Source of the DNA: Octopus vulgaris
Lineage: Eukaryota
Assembly: GCA_951406725.2 (NCBI GenBank)
Contig: OX597832.1
Location: 8,184,001-8,248,000, forward strand
DNA length: 64,000 nucleotides
Reading direction: 5' to 3'
Of the stretch, positions 1 through 13,903 are shown piece after piece. The translations under genes were made by a program, and so were the position numbers. Position 1 is the first letter of the stretch; each line of letters begins with the position of its first letter. The notes below the pieces were generated by a model that was not told the origin of the DNA, did no database searches, and was given only the letters and a program-made list of their open reading frames with translations.

Positions 1-470
1 GAACGAAAATTCCAAAAATTCATGTAAGGAAAAGAAATTGTGTTTTATGTTTACAACTTCAATCAAATCATCCCTGCATTTTGCGCGACGATTTAGATGT
101 GAAGGTAAAATATTTAATACTAATAATATAACTCTAATAACCATCTATTTACTTAATTCAAGAGTAATGATATTTTTATTAATTCACATTTAATACAGGA
201 TATTTGGAATATAAGGGAGAAATAGACAAGAATGAGAACAGCTAGAAAATATGACATGCTTTTATTTTCTATTTTGTAACCTTCAATTTATTACGGCTTA
301 CATTTTCTAGAAGTATTTTGTTTACAATTCACTTCTAACTTTCTGATGACTTGTTGAACTTTGTGTGTAACTTTGTAGAACCAATCTGCCCTGCAATCAT
401 TTTCAACAAAGCATTTACATTTCCCACTTGAGAGGGGATAGAGAGAATAATAGTGACAAAATGAAACATA

Positions 471-537
<67 letters not shown>

Positions 538-868
538 ACTATAAGCGAAACATAAAAGCACAACAAATAAATCAGGAACCAATATAACACGAACAAAGTC
601 AGAGAGTATGTAACGAACACTCGTTTCTTATATACGGGTTATGAGGAGTTTAGGCGAATATATTTAATTACATTGCAAGGAAAAATGGGAGAGAAAGTGG
701 AAAAAGAAATAAGAAAGAGCAATGATAAGCAAACAAACTACAGATTTGCAGTTCAGACTAAGGAGTAACAAACCAATAGTGTCATAATTACATATATCCA
801 TATGAATAAATATGCAGTTGAGAATAACAAAAAGAGAAAGCAATGGGTAGCTCGATTGCTTACCGATC

Positions 869-925
<57 letters not shown>

Positions 926-1032
926 TTATATATGTATATTTTTCTATCTATATCTATATGTATATATGTATGTATGTATGTATGTCTGTATGTATATATA
1001 TATATATACATATATATGTATATTTGTTAATT

Positions 1033-1097
<65 letters not shown>

Positions 1098-1868
1098 TAA
1101 TATATATATCAATATATATATATATATACATATATACGTATATATATATTAACACGCATACAATATATATGTATATATATATATACAAATATATATATTA
1201 ACACGCACACAATATATATATATATATGTATATATATGTATACATATATATATACAAATATATATACTTATATACAGACATATATACTTATATATATGTG
1301 TGCATGTAATTATACTTGAATGTATGGATGTATGCAAACATGACTCTGTGAATGTATGTACTTGTCTATGCAATCATATACGTATATCAATTGTGTGTGT
1401 CTGATTCTGGGCACCTATGTAACTATATAGCTATACGTCTATCTACGAATATATGCATATCCGTCGCTCAGTATATACACACAAAACAAGCAAACAGACA
1501 AACAAGCAAATAAGCAACATGCATGAATATATCCTCGCTTTAAAGATAAATCATCGAGGTCAACAAGGTCTGTGATACCACTTCCAATAAATAGTTATTA
1601 GCTTCAAAGGAAAGAGAAGAAATAACAAAGAACAAAAATACATAACAATCATAACATGAAATGTGTAAAAATGGGTCCAAGTAATATTTGCATATGTGTC
1701 TTTCAGTGTCTGTGTATGAGTGTTTATGAGCGAGTCTGTGCGTGTGTGTGTATGTATATGTACGCATGCATGAAAATATATATACGTGTGCGTGTATGTC
1801 TGTATATATATATATATATATATGTAGGTGTTCATATTGATATATATATATGTAGGCGTTCATATTGA

Positions 1869-1925
<57 letters not shown>

Positions 1926-2181
1926 GGGAGTGTGTATACACAAACACATAAGTAAAATGTGTATACATTTCACTAATATCTATTCGTACTGTTATATACA
2001 TATGTATATATGTACATACACGTTTAGATACATACATGTATGCATACGTTTTCTCACACTGATACACACAGAGGTAATTATAAACACACCTATATGCATT
2101 CATTTAAAAATAAATACACACTCATATGTACTTATATATATGTATATATGTATATATTCGTATATATATATGTATACATGA

Positions 2182-2224
<43 letters not shown>

Positions 2225-2894
2225 TTTATATATACGTATATATATATATGTATATATGTATTTATATATATATACATATGTATGTGCATATATATACACA
2301 CACGTATATATGCACTTACATGCATATATAGATGTGTACGTGCTTATATATAAATACATATAATAAATATATCCATATCATCTCGTATCACCTCGATCAA
2401 TGGTAGATAGTTATTAGCAAGCTCGTAGCAATTCAGATATTTTTGTACCACGTTCTGTCTCTTTTATTTCCTTTCCTTTTTTAAAATTTATTTCTTTATA
2501 ATGATGGTCTTACTCTCCTTCCTATATATTTCACGCGAATGAAAAAGCGGGAATAACTGAAATCATATTCCCATTATCGTTTGAGGATTACGAGTCTGAT
2601 ATATAGTATGGATAATGCAGACAACAGCTCACTTATAGAGTCACGTTAGGAAGAACCAAACGAAGTTATAACATTATAAAAGAAAAAAAAAAGTTAAAAG
2701 TACACATACGTGTTTTACTTGTGTGTGCGCATATGTGCATACGTGCGCACACACAAAGAGACGCATACTCACACACCACACATAAACATCCGCACACATG
2801 CCAGCACGCACATGTATGCATATAGATAGACAGCGATCGAAAGATAGAGATTTGTACGCACACACACACTTATATAACGATGTATATATGTATA

Positions 2895-2934
<40 letters not shown>

Positions 2935-3007
2935 ATATCATTAATGATAATCCATGGATGGAATGTATAAATGTTGTAATGTATCAAAACTGAATGAAGC
3001 CCGTCCA

Positions 3008-3064
<57 letters not shown>

Positions 3065-3065
<1 letters not shown>

Positions 3066-3640
3066 AACCATATAGCCTTGCATCTTTGAACGTCTCTGCA
3101 TTCAGATCTGAAATACAAGACCTTCTCTGCCCTGCCAACGGAAGCACATCTTATCCGATGATCCATATATTCTGCATACTGTGATCCACAAAATCTGCCA
3201 AAATTATTATGGATTGCCGAGCTCTAAAAAAATGATTTTGGACTTATTACACCTTTCTTCAACACCTTTAATTTTCTCTTTCGTTTGTACCCTGTGTACA
3301 TAAAAATTCATCTGAATGTTTCCACCTTTTGCTTTCTCTCGTTTTGCATGTATACTTGTACACATATATACATATTTTCTATGTTTCGTTCCATTTTATC
3401 TCTTTCTATCACTAATAGCTTTCCAATCTTAAGTGCGTCTACTCTGTCGTTTTCAGGGCAAACCACCTTTTAATGTTGACTATTGCCTCCATTAATGCTT
3501 GCCTAACTATTTTTCTAATCTGGTCTACGTAAGCATGACATGCCAGACGTTATGTGTTCAGCTTCCGTTAACCAGGTCCCTGCATTCTAAGCCACCTAGG
3601 TCGACAGGCAAGATCAGAAATTTATTGTCTGTGTAGCCGA
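3065..3640 (-). mobile_element. Degenerate LINE ORF2 C-terminal relic (possibly L1/Tx1-like)
   Basis: Minus-strand translation gives LPVDLGGLECRDL (resembles the RT thumb motif LPxxxGGLGxxDL, ~3570-3620) and further downstream RFCGSQYAEYMDHRIRC (resembles a degenerate CCHC knuckle, ~3145-3200). Many stops and frameshifts. Confidence 0.35.
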
Positions 3641-3907
3641 CTATTTTTAAAAGTAAACAACTTATGCTATGCTTATGTACAGGCCTACAGGCCCCGTATA
3701 GATAAGACTGGCACCAATCTTGCAGTATCTATTGCAAATACGGGTGTCACCTGAAAGGTGGAAGAGAGAAAAGTCAGTAAACATAGGGGCCTGGCCGGCC
3801 GCTATCGGTCTGTTCCGGTCGCCGTCGAGGCTTTCTTGGTCTCCTTACTACCGATTTCCTCTGCAAAATAGGGGTAACGGCGACCCGTCGGAGAAATGAG
3901 TATATTG

Positions 3908-5179
3908 TCATATGGTTGCTTTCTCGTTTTCTGTGACCTTTTCTGGTGTGTGCCCATACAAGCTCTTTTCTGTTGTTATTCCATAGTTTTGGCATAGCTT
4001 CCAGTGTATGTAGGTCCCAACTTTGTCGTGTCTGTGAGTATATTCCTTCTTAGCTAGGACTGGGCAGTCAAAGATTATATGATTTATTGTTTCTTGTCCA
4101 TCTCCACATATTCTGCAGTTACTTGTGATGTTTCTTTTCATTATTTGTTTTTGGTAATTGCTGGTGGGGAGGATTTGTTCTTGTGCTGCAATTAAAAATC
4201 CCTCTGTCTCTGCTTTAAATCCTGGGCTTCTCAACAATTGCTTAGATTTTTCTCTGTCTATTTTTTTGGCATTTATTTTAGTCCAGTATTTGCTATGAAG
4301 GGGTTTTTCTTGTCATCGTTTTATCATGGTCCGTTGCTGTTCTAGTTTTAGTTTGGATTTCATTTGTTTTATAGCTTTTGTTGTTTCTTTTTCTTTTTCT
4401 TCATATTTGTTATATACTATGATTTCTTGTTTGTATTTGTCAGCTTCCTTAATTACCGAGAACAGTCTTTTGTTTTCCTCGTGGTTTGTATCAGTTTTCC
4501 TTGCTTCTGAAGTAGTTATTTTTGCAATCCTATGGTAGTTATTTGATAATAGTTTTCCAGCTGTATAAGGCCTCTACCAACTTCTATACGTGGTATATAT
4601 AGCCTTTCTATGTCAGAATTTGTGTGGGGCATCATAGATCCGGTCAGTATTTTTCTTGTTTTCCTGTCTATTTTGGTTAGTTCATTTAGTGTCCAGTTAA
4701 GGATATTGTAGCTGTAACTTATAATTGGGACGGCTAAAGTGTTAATACCTATTATCTTTTTTTAGCATTGAGCTCTGTTTTTAGTATTGATCTAACTCGT
4801 CTATAGCATTCTTTCTTTATTTTCTCTTTCATTTGTGTGTGTTGTATCATATCTAGCTCACGGATTCCTAAATATTTTTATGTCTGGCTTTGGTCTAATT
4901 CTCTTATTTCATTTTCTTTATCTAGTGTGATGTTGATACTCTTAACTTATTTTCCTCTTTTCATGGTTGCTTTGGCGCATTTTTCCTAATCCAAATTTCA
5001 TATCTATTTCTTTGGAAAATCCATGTATTGTCTATAGTAGTGTTTCCAACTGTTTATCATTTGTAGCGTATAGTTTTAGGTCATCCATATATAAAAGGTG
5101 GCTGATTGTTTTGCCGTAACATTTGTATCCGCATCCAGTTCCATTTAGCATATCAGATCAAGGTATCAGTGCCAAGCAT
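3908..5179 (-). mobile_element. R4/Dong-like non-LTR retrotransposon fragment (RT C-half plus CCHC knuckle), truncated at both ends
   Basis: Minus strand encodes TISHLLYMDDLKLYAT (RT YxDD, ~5062-5109), MKFGLGK, ETEGFLIAAQEQ, CRICGDGQETINHIIFDCPVL and YTHRHDKVGTYIHW (ORF 3908-4237). Frameshifts present. The 5' junction abuts a short (TAA)n tract at ~5180. Confidence 0.9.
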
Positions 5180-5190
5180 ATTATTATTAT

Positions 5191-5523
<333 letters not shown>

Positions 5524-6281
5524 TCAGTAGTTTTATTTTTATAGCGTGCTTTCACTTCACTACCGAGCGCAGCTCTGTGTGCCTTGGGTATGTGCTGTGA
5601 TTTGTTGTGATGCTCTGATGGTTATTGTATGGAAAGTGTTCTGCGTAGGATGTGTGCAGTGCCTAGTAGTGCAATTTTCTGTATGTTATATGTGTTTGTA
5701 AGTCCTGGTGTTTTTGTTATGTATTTGTCTGAATATTTTTTTATCATGCCTAATGCACCTACTATGATAGGAATTGTTTCTGTTTTCAGATTCCACATTC
5801 TAGTTACCTCTATTTCCAGGTCTTTGTATTTTGAGAGTTTCTCCATTTCTTTTAGAGACACGTTGTCATCTGCTGGTATTGATACATCAATTAGAAAGCA
5901 TTGTTTTTCTTCATGGTCTCTGACAACTATATATGGTCTGTTGGCCTTAATTTCTCTGTCTGTGTGTATCGGCATATCCCAGAGTATAGTTGCTTTCTCG
6001 TTTTCTGTGACCTTTTCTGGTGTGTGCCTATACCATCTTTTTTCTGTTGTTATTCCATAATGTTGGCAAAGCTTCCAATGTATGTAGGTTCCAACTCTGT
6101 CATGTCTGTGAATATATTCCTTCTTAGCCAGAACTGGGGAGCTAGAGATAATATGATTTATTGTTTCTTGTCCATCTCCACATATTCTGCAGTTACTTGT
6201 AATATTTCTTTTAATTACATGTTTTTGGTAATCTCTAGTGGGGACGCTTTGGTCTTGTGCTGCAATTAAAAATCCCTCTGC
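5524..6281 (-). mobile_element. 5'-truncated R4/Dong-like LINE with CCHC, RLE endonuclease and intact 3' UTR
   Basis: Starts at EGFLIAAQDQ, then CRICGDGQETINH, then ORF 5622-5975 (ANRPYIVV...LIDVSIP...EKLSKYKDL...IIVGALG...ALLGTAHILRRTLSIQ*), a PD-(D/E)xK restriction-like endonuclease. The 3' UTR ends in (TAA)n, and the 5' end is also embedded in (TAA)n. Confidence 0.92.
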
Positions 6282-6282
6282 T

Positions 6283-6305
6283 TATTATTATTGTTATTAT
6301 TATTA

Positions 6306-6385
<80 letters not shown>

Positions 6386-6412
6386 GTTGTTGTTGTTTTT
6401 GTTGTTGTTAAC

Positions 6413-6467
<55 letters not shown>
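6283..6467. repeat. (TAT)n/(TGT)n compound microsatellite
   Basis: Directly visible. Confidence 0.95.
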
Positions 6468-6979
6468 ACTATGTGTTACTTCTGGATATTTTACTGGATC
6501 TGCGGCCTCACTATTCAGGTCAATGTTTATCCGCTCTTACTTAGCAATAATTTGGGTCATTCATATCCTGCGGCAATAACGCAATTGATTATGCTTGCGA
6601 AACTATTAACAACCTGTTGGATAGCCGAGATGCCAGCGTTCTTGATGGTATATATTGTACTGCTGTAACGACAGGTGAAATTTTTGTAAATACTTGCTTC
6701 TATTCTCTTCTTGATATGGTTAAAAGTGCTGTTGTTATTGCAGTTACTGGTACAAATTGCGGCACTGCTTGTCCTACTTGTATTAGTTGTAGCTGTAGAA
6801 AGACGCGCATTCAGCTCTACGCGCACGCACACACATGTAATGATGTGTTTCTCCTCTCCTGCAGTTCTTTATCACTCCTACTACCCTCCTTCTTATTAGT
6901 GTGAAGCAGTATTTTAAAAAAATTGAAGAAGGAAAACTCGAGCCAACTAATAGCATTAACAATGATGATGATAATGATG

Positions 6980-7040
<61 letters not shown>

Positions 7041-7045
7041 TGATG

Positions 7046-7079
<34 letters not shown>

Positions 7080-7081
<2 letters not shown>

Positions 7082-7539
7082 TTGCTACAGCAAATATTCT
7101 GCTCAATACCACAGATTTGCTTGTCAGTTGTTTGACCTTAACCAGTTGAGCATGTCTCTTAGTGGCTGACGATATGTGCATCTCTGACCACGAGCAGAAG
7201 TAGTGGGGGAGCATCATAGCCATGTGTTGAGAGGGATTCTTTGGGGTTTGAATAGTTCACCTCTGGAAACATGGGTGGTTCTTTCAACATCCTTAAACAA
7301 CCCTTATTCAGGGACCGTTTGAGCGGGATGGGCTACTCAACCTGAAGAAAATTCTAACTGGGCCCCACCTGCAAGGTCATGTGCTGTTTATCTTGATATG
7401 AGATCACCATGTCGCGCACATATGGTTGTGATGCATGTGCCTGGTGTACCTTTATCAGACGGGTAGTCATGATGGGTATATTGGGCTTCGTATATTTTAC
7501 CCCAGTGTCACTTTGATGGCATGAACTGCTCTCTCACTC

Positions 7540-7540
<1 letters not shown>
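7080..7540 (+). mobile_element. Non-coding ~460 bp interspersed element inserted in an (AAT)n tract (putative non-autonomous TAA-targeting retroelement)
   Basis: Relatively GC-rich, complex block bounded by (AAT)n on both sides (6961-7079 and 7541-7590). It ends ...CTCTCTCACTC-(AAT)n like a retroelement tail and has no credible ORF. Confidence 0.55.
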
Positions 7541-7591
<51 letters not shown>

Positions 7592-7820
7592 TGATGGACA
7601 CAACGAGCAGAATAAATAGATACATATAAAGGAAAACGAAGAATATGAAGAGGATGAATATGAAAACATGGCTGAATTTGAAGGGAAAGAATTGTTAGAC
7701 AATTTTTTTAAAAAAATGACTAAGATGAACATCGATATAAATAATAATAAAAATAACTATTATAATAATGATGATGAAAATAATAATAATATTAATAATA
7801 ATAATATTGATAAATTTGGA

Positions 7821-7884
<64 letters not shown>

Positions 7885-8605
7885 TTCATAATAATAATAA
7901 TAATAATTATAATAATAACAATAATAATAATAATAATAACAATAATAATAATGATAATAAAATTAAGAACGAGAAGAAGAGAAAGAAGGGAGAGAAAGGA
8001 GTAAAACAAAATAAAGAGCAGGAAGAAGAAACAAAATGTGGAATAAGAACGGTAAAAAAATGTATGCAACGAAAAAAAAAAACATTCTGCATACACATTC
8101 GTTTCCTTTCCGCATATTTTTTTTTCCTTTTTCGGTTCTTTTTTTCTTCTTCTTCTTATATATTGGCTGATATTTCTTTATTGTTTATTTGGTGTAAGTT
8201 CGCTGTAAAAGTGCAAATGTCAGATATAAAGATGGTTTAGCATGATGAAAGCTTCCGGCTAAATACAAACTTTGTAGTAAGTATATTATATTCCATTCGT
8301 TAAGTATGTTAAGTATGGCTATAGAGATGAATTGATAATTGTCCACCTTTCCATATATATATATATATATATGCATTTCTTTGTGCATCTGTTTATGTGT
8401 TTATATATAAAGAGATGCGCACAGTCTACATGCATATATATGTGTGTGTGTTTTTGTGTGTGTGCATATATATACATGTATACATAAGTGTAACTATATA
8501 TATATGCATACATACATATATATATAAATACATACACTCATACATACATACATACATACATACATGCATACATATATATATATACACACATATATATATA
8601 TATAC

Positions 8606-8647
<42 letters not shown>

Positions 8648-8840
8648 CGGGAAAGTTTACGAAAATAAACAAAAGACAAAAGCAGGTGGAGTACAAACAA
8701 ACAAATGTATTAGTATAGCGCTCAGGAATAGAAATAGAACAAGTCTTTTACGTTTCGTGCCTACGCTTTTCGACAGAAAGATACACAGAAAAAAACAAGG
8801 AGAGAAAAAATGCGTGTCGGAGCTAACGATTTATCATAAC
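8648..8840 (-). mobile_element. Penelope-like pseudo-LTR relic with a degenerate minimal hammerhead
   Basis: Minus strand 8781-8744 reads TCTTT-CTGTCGA-AAAGCGTAGGCAC-GAAA-CGTA-AAAGA: stem I TCTTT/AAAGA, mutated CUGANGA core, palindromic ACGT stem III. Abuts (TA)n. Confidence 0.45.
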
Positions 8841-9469
8841 GATCTACATATATATTCTGTAAAAGCGCTTGGTTCGGCTCCATGTCACTTAAAGTTTGGC
8901 AGATTTCAAAGAGAAACCCGGCTTCATCAATCTCAGATTACCAAATGGAGAAACACAAGAAGTCCAACATGGTTTCTGGAAAATTTGCTGCATGCTTACA
9001 CATTTACGTATGCATTCATACATATAAGTACGTATAATTACCCTCTGCCACCACACCGCAATCTCATGCTCATGTTCTCCAACCAACGCTGTTGCAACTA
9101 CACGAGCATACGTCTTTCACCCCCGCATGCATAAATATCCAAAGTATGGACATGTATGCAAAGAAACACATATCAGACAAAAACACACATGTATATATTT
9201 TCTTCAAGACAAACAGGCACACTAGCATGAGTTTATACACAAATGCAAGAATTACATGCTTACATACACGCACCGATACATGCATCATAAACACGTGTAT
9301 CACTGTCACAAACTCACAAGTATTCGCACACACTCACGTACACACAAATATGCATAAAGTACAATTGTACAACCAATAACACACATACATCCACGAACCC
9401 ATACACTTGGTGCTCACAGACACACACACACACACTCTCTCTCTCTCTCGCCCGCCTTGCTTCTCTCAG

Positions 9470-9555
9470 CTTCCTGTCCAATGTCTCCATTTGACTGTCC
9501 AAGTCTGAACAAAACTGGTTTCAATTAAAAACCTGCAAAACTAAGTCGTATGGAG
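9470..9555 (+). other. Candidate exon (5' UTR ending in ATG GAG)
   Basis: Long polypyrimidine tract plus TCTCTCAG| acceptor and a consensus GAG|GTGAGT donor. All three frames have stops, with ATG at 9550 just before the donor. No partner exon identified. Confidence 0.3.
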
Positions 9556-10173
9556 GTGAGTCAAAATGTTTTATATTGTAATAGTATATGTAACTCCTAC
9601 TCAAAGTGTTCAGTGCCTTATTCTTTTGTTTGTCCAATCGTATGTGTGTGTGAGCGTGTGCACCCGCATCCTACATCTCTCTGCTATGTTTTCTCTTGTG
9701 AAAGAAAATATTTCCTAAGCGTTCACAATTTTACCCTCGTTCTGTTCTAACGACCCTCCAGGATTGTTTTCGTTCGATTTCCTTGTTGGCTGTATATCTA
9801 TGCCTGTCTACTCCGATATACATTGTCCTGTCCATCCATAAATCTCAAATTTTATTTTGGTGCTTATGGGAGAAACTGTCTTCGAAGACTCGTGTTGTCG
9901 AAGACTGCTCGAAATAAGGAGTAGAAAGACAGCCAACAACTGATGAAGGGTCGTTCGTTATATTACTTGTCCTGTTTTCCATTTGTTTCTCTCGTTGTTT
10001 GCGTTTGAAACTCATTTGTTTTCGTATGTCATGTTGTTTACTCTTGGTGACGTCCTGTATCCATATAATCATATGTATGTATGTATGTATGCATGTATGT
10101 ATGTATGTATGTATGTATGTATGTATGTATGTATGTACGTATGTTGTATGCATGTATGCATGTATGTATATAA

Positions 10174-10208
<35 letters not shown>

Positions 10209-10609
10209 TAGATAGATAGATGGATAGATAGATATGTGCATATATATCATTTATATTATTATTTGATTGAACGCCACGCATCCATTTCCAAGTAAGTTTC
10301 TCTTAATCTTTTTGATGCGATTCTGTACTGTTTTTCACCCTTTCACCGCTTTCTACTTATATCTCCTCTCTCCTCCTGTTTGTCCTGTTCTCTCTCTCCT
10401 TGCTTACACGTGACCGCCGTCCATCTTTCTTTTCCTCAAGTGATTATCTTTCTTTTCTTTCAGAGCTGTTCGAAGGACTGGACTATCCTATATCTCTCTT
10501 CTATCTTTTCTGTTGTCAAAGAACATATTTCTCCAGCTTTCACTATTTTCCTTCGTTTTGGAATATCAGATCTTCATGTTTGTTTTCATTTTCCCTACAA
10601 ATTTCTTTA

Positions 10610-11120
10610 GAATCGCAATCTTTGCCGTTTGAAAGGTATTTGTAAAACAATTCATCGAAAGATATCCATTTTCTTGAAAGTTATGAGGGTGAAATTCGGA
10701 TGCTGTGAATTTTCCGAAACTCCTCTCCCTACCCCCTCGACAAAATCATTTCCCATAAATCCCAATATACTCTGAATCCACATAATCTAAGCGGTTTTTA
10801 TTGAGAATTTTGTTTAAAAGTATCCATTTTACTGGAAGTTATGAGGCAACAAATTCGGTGGGGGTATACATTTGTAGTTATACCAAGAAAAAACTACCCG
10901 GTGTTCGTATCTAAGGGCAATATCTTCAGGTTTCACTGCTTAACTTTGTGGGTACAAACCCCGAAACGAACGTGTATCTCGGAAACCTGTTGCCCGATTT
11001 ATACGATCTTGTGTTATTCCATCTGTATTCACATTTCAGGCGTTCTTTACTTTCAAAATGTTTTCCTATTATGCGCTGCTTTGGCTGTATTAAATGACGG
11101 ACAAGCAAGAGATCACAGAG
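10610..11120. mobile_element. Probable non-autonomous DNA element with internal direct repeats
   Basis: TATCCATTTTCTTGAAAGTTATGAGG (10663-10688) recurs as TATCCATTTTACTGGAAGTTATGAGG (10821-10846). Boundaries approximate; family not identified. Confidence 0.3.
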
Positions 11121-11300
11121 TTATAGTAGTATATATATAGATTGATAGATATATGAATTTTTGTCTGTATTTATGTGTAAGAAGTAACCACTTATGAACA
11201 TCATACAATCTCCGTACTTTTAGTCGAGCCATTTATTCAGAATAGTTGGGGGATTGACCAATTACAGTTTTTTTCTTTTTAAATGTTATTCTCCACTTAA

Positions 11301-11690
11301 GGCAGCGAGCTGGCAGAAACTTGGCACGCCGGGCGAAATGCTTTGCGGTATTTCGTCTGCCGCTACGTTCTGAGATCAAATTCCACTGAGGTCGACTTTG
11401 CCTTTCATCCTTTCGTTGTCGATTAAATAAATACCAGTTACGCACTGGGGACGATATAATTGACTTAATCCGTTTGTCTGTCCTTGTTTGTCTTTTCTGT
11501 GTTTAGCCCCTTGTGGGCAGTAAAGACATGGGTATTTCGTTAGTCTTTTCGTTTTGAGTTCAAATTTGCCTTTCATCCTTTCCGGGTCGATAAATAAAGT
11601 ACCAGTTGCGTACGGATGTCGATGTAATCAACTGGCCCCCACCCCAAGAATTTCGGTCCTTGTGACTAGAGTAGAAAAGCATATTATTCT
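11301..11690 (+). mobile_element. SINE family A (tRNA-derived): full copy 11301-11530 plus an adjacent partial copy
   Basis: Head GGCAGCGAGCTGGCAGAA (A-box-like) and GAGATCAAATTCC (B-box-like), followed by the core GTCGACTTTGCCTTTCATCCTTTCG...GATAAATAAGTACCAG. The same sequence recurs more than ten times in the window. Confidence 0.85.
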
Positions 11691-11799
11691 CCACTTCTGT
11701 AATATTAGGCCCAGTATCTTTGTGAAGTTGATGTCATTTTACAGGCCCGGCGTTTATGCTGTAGAAAGATCTTTGGATGTGAAATGATTAAGTGAATTA

Positions 11800-12030
11800 G
11801 GTGAGCATAAAAAAAACAAGACAGCTATAAAAGGAGTACCGCCAGAAGAACGAAGTAGGAGCAGAAGACACAAGAAGACATGGTGCACCATTTCAAGGAG
11901 ATTTGAAGCAAATTAGCGTCTCCTGAGAATATGCAGGTGACTATGTCAGACACAGAATCATTAGACATGTCTTGCTGCCCGATGTTTAGACCAACATTAC
12001 GGAAGAAACTAAAGCTAAGAGCAAGAGTGT
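11800..12030 (+). mobile_element. Degenerate RTE-like LINE 3' end
   Basis: Translation GVPPEERSRSRRHKKTWCT / FQGDLKQISVS*EYA resembles the RTE C-terminal W.P.G.R.RGRPKKTW...EDL pattern. Confidence 0.35.
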
Positions 12031-12858
12031 GTGGGGTAATTGAATGTGTTGGAACTGGTCCGGGAATTTTCTTCAAGAAAATTTCTCCTGTTCTGGGAGG
12101 TTTCTGCAAGAAAATTTCTCCCATGTAGTTTAATGACTTTTATCGTTTCATAATATATTTCCTTCCGTTTAAAACAACTTCCTGTATAAAAAAAGGTATG
12201 TATGCATGTAAGTATGTATGTATCTATCTATCTGTCTATCTATCTATCTATCTATTATCTATGTTCCTATTTATCTATCCATATCTCCTTGCATACATCA
12301 ACTGTGTGCATGTGCATAAGACTGTTCCGTGAAAGGTAAGTGCGAAAGATTAGGTGTTATTAGAGGGAACACAACATTTTCTTGTGTTAAGGCTAAACAA
12401 TCTTGCACAAAGCATATGCAGTTCACTGCTGTAGCTCACAAGTAAAAATTGCTTTAAGTGTAGTAATTAATTCCCAAAGCCCATCGGGATATGAGATTGC
12501 AATAGAGGATTACTGCTTCGTAAGGAAAGGGCAATTGTTAAAGAGAAGTCCCTCATATGGACAAAGAATCAAAGAGGTGTATATCTGAAATAGATAGGCA
12601 TCCATGGGAAGTTCACGATATAAGATGAATGGAACACACAGTGGACGCTTTAGAAATTAAATTATGATTTAAATATAGAGAGTGTGAATGCGTAGAAATC
12701 AGAGGATGAGATAAGAGCTGAAGGGGGAAGAGAAGGAAAAACTTGAAGCATATGAAAATGGTGTATGCGCGAATATATACAGATGCATCTATATATACAC
12801 ATATATGCAGATATATTTGATTTCATACTTTCACACAAAGACACACACACACATATGC

Positions 12859-12921
<63 letters not shown>

Positions 12922-13176
12922 TATGCATGTATACAAGTCTTGTTATATATACTTATTCATATACATACATATATATATAATATTTTTTCTACTCTAGGCA
13001 CAAGCCCCGATTATATATTACACATATTACATACTAATATTGTTATATGTATACATTATATACATATGTGCATAGAGATATACACACATACATGTATATA
13101 CATATAGATACATATATATATATATATATATGTATCTATATGTATATATATATATATATACATATATATCTGTATG

Positions 13177-13217
<41 letters not shown>

Positions 13218-13787
13218 CTATATAGTGAGAAACAGGGGGAAAGAGGCGGGGATGGAAAGAAGGAGAAGAAACGAGGAGAGTGACACGGTAAGATGGATGG
13301 AGAGAAAGAAGAATGAGAAAGATATTACGAAAGGGAAAGGGCAAATGGTGTCCTATATTATATATTTTTTCATTCTGCGTCATTCACCCGATCCCCTTGA
13401 TCCATCCTGTGCCTCCTGCACATACATTTCATTGCTTGAAGTTAAGAATGGACGTATCACACTATGCCATCAACAAATATACTTACACATATAAATATAC
13501 ATATGAACTCCATCCTAGCTTCACTCTAAGGTTTCATTACACACACACACACACAACACACACGCACACACACACATACACACACATACACACACACATG
13601 CACATACACACACACATATACACATTTGCATGAACACACTCGCATACACCTACGCATATTAATGCTACAATTGCTGGAAGACTATGCCAGTATAACTTCA
13701 TTTATCAAGAGATCACGCATTGTATGCACACGCCCACACACACGGGCATATATACACACATACTCACATACACACATACACACAAGT

Positions 13788-13903
<116 letters not shown>

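Noticed and set aside
7668-8240. 190-aa Asn/Lys-rich ORF
   Set aside because: Mostly an (AAT)n repeat and A-rich low complexity, with no domain or splice support.
8397-9134. Longest ORF in the track (245 aa) and a protein-like alternative frame PGFINLRLPNGETQEV near 8915
   Set aside because: The ORF spans a microsatellite and a repeat relic. The short alternative peptide has no convincing splice sites or recognisable family.
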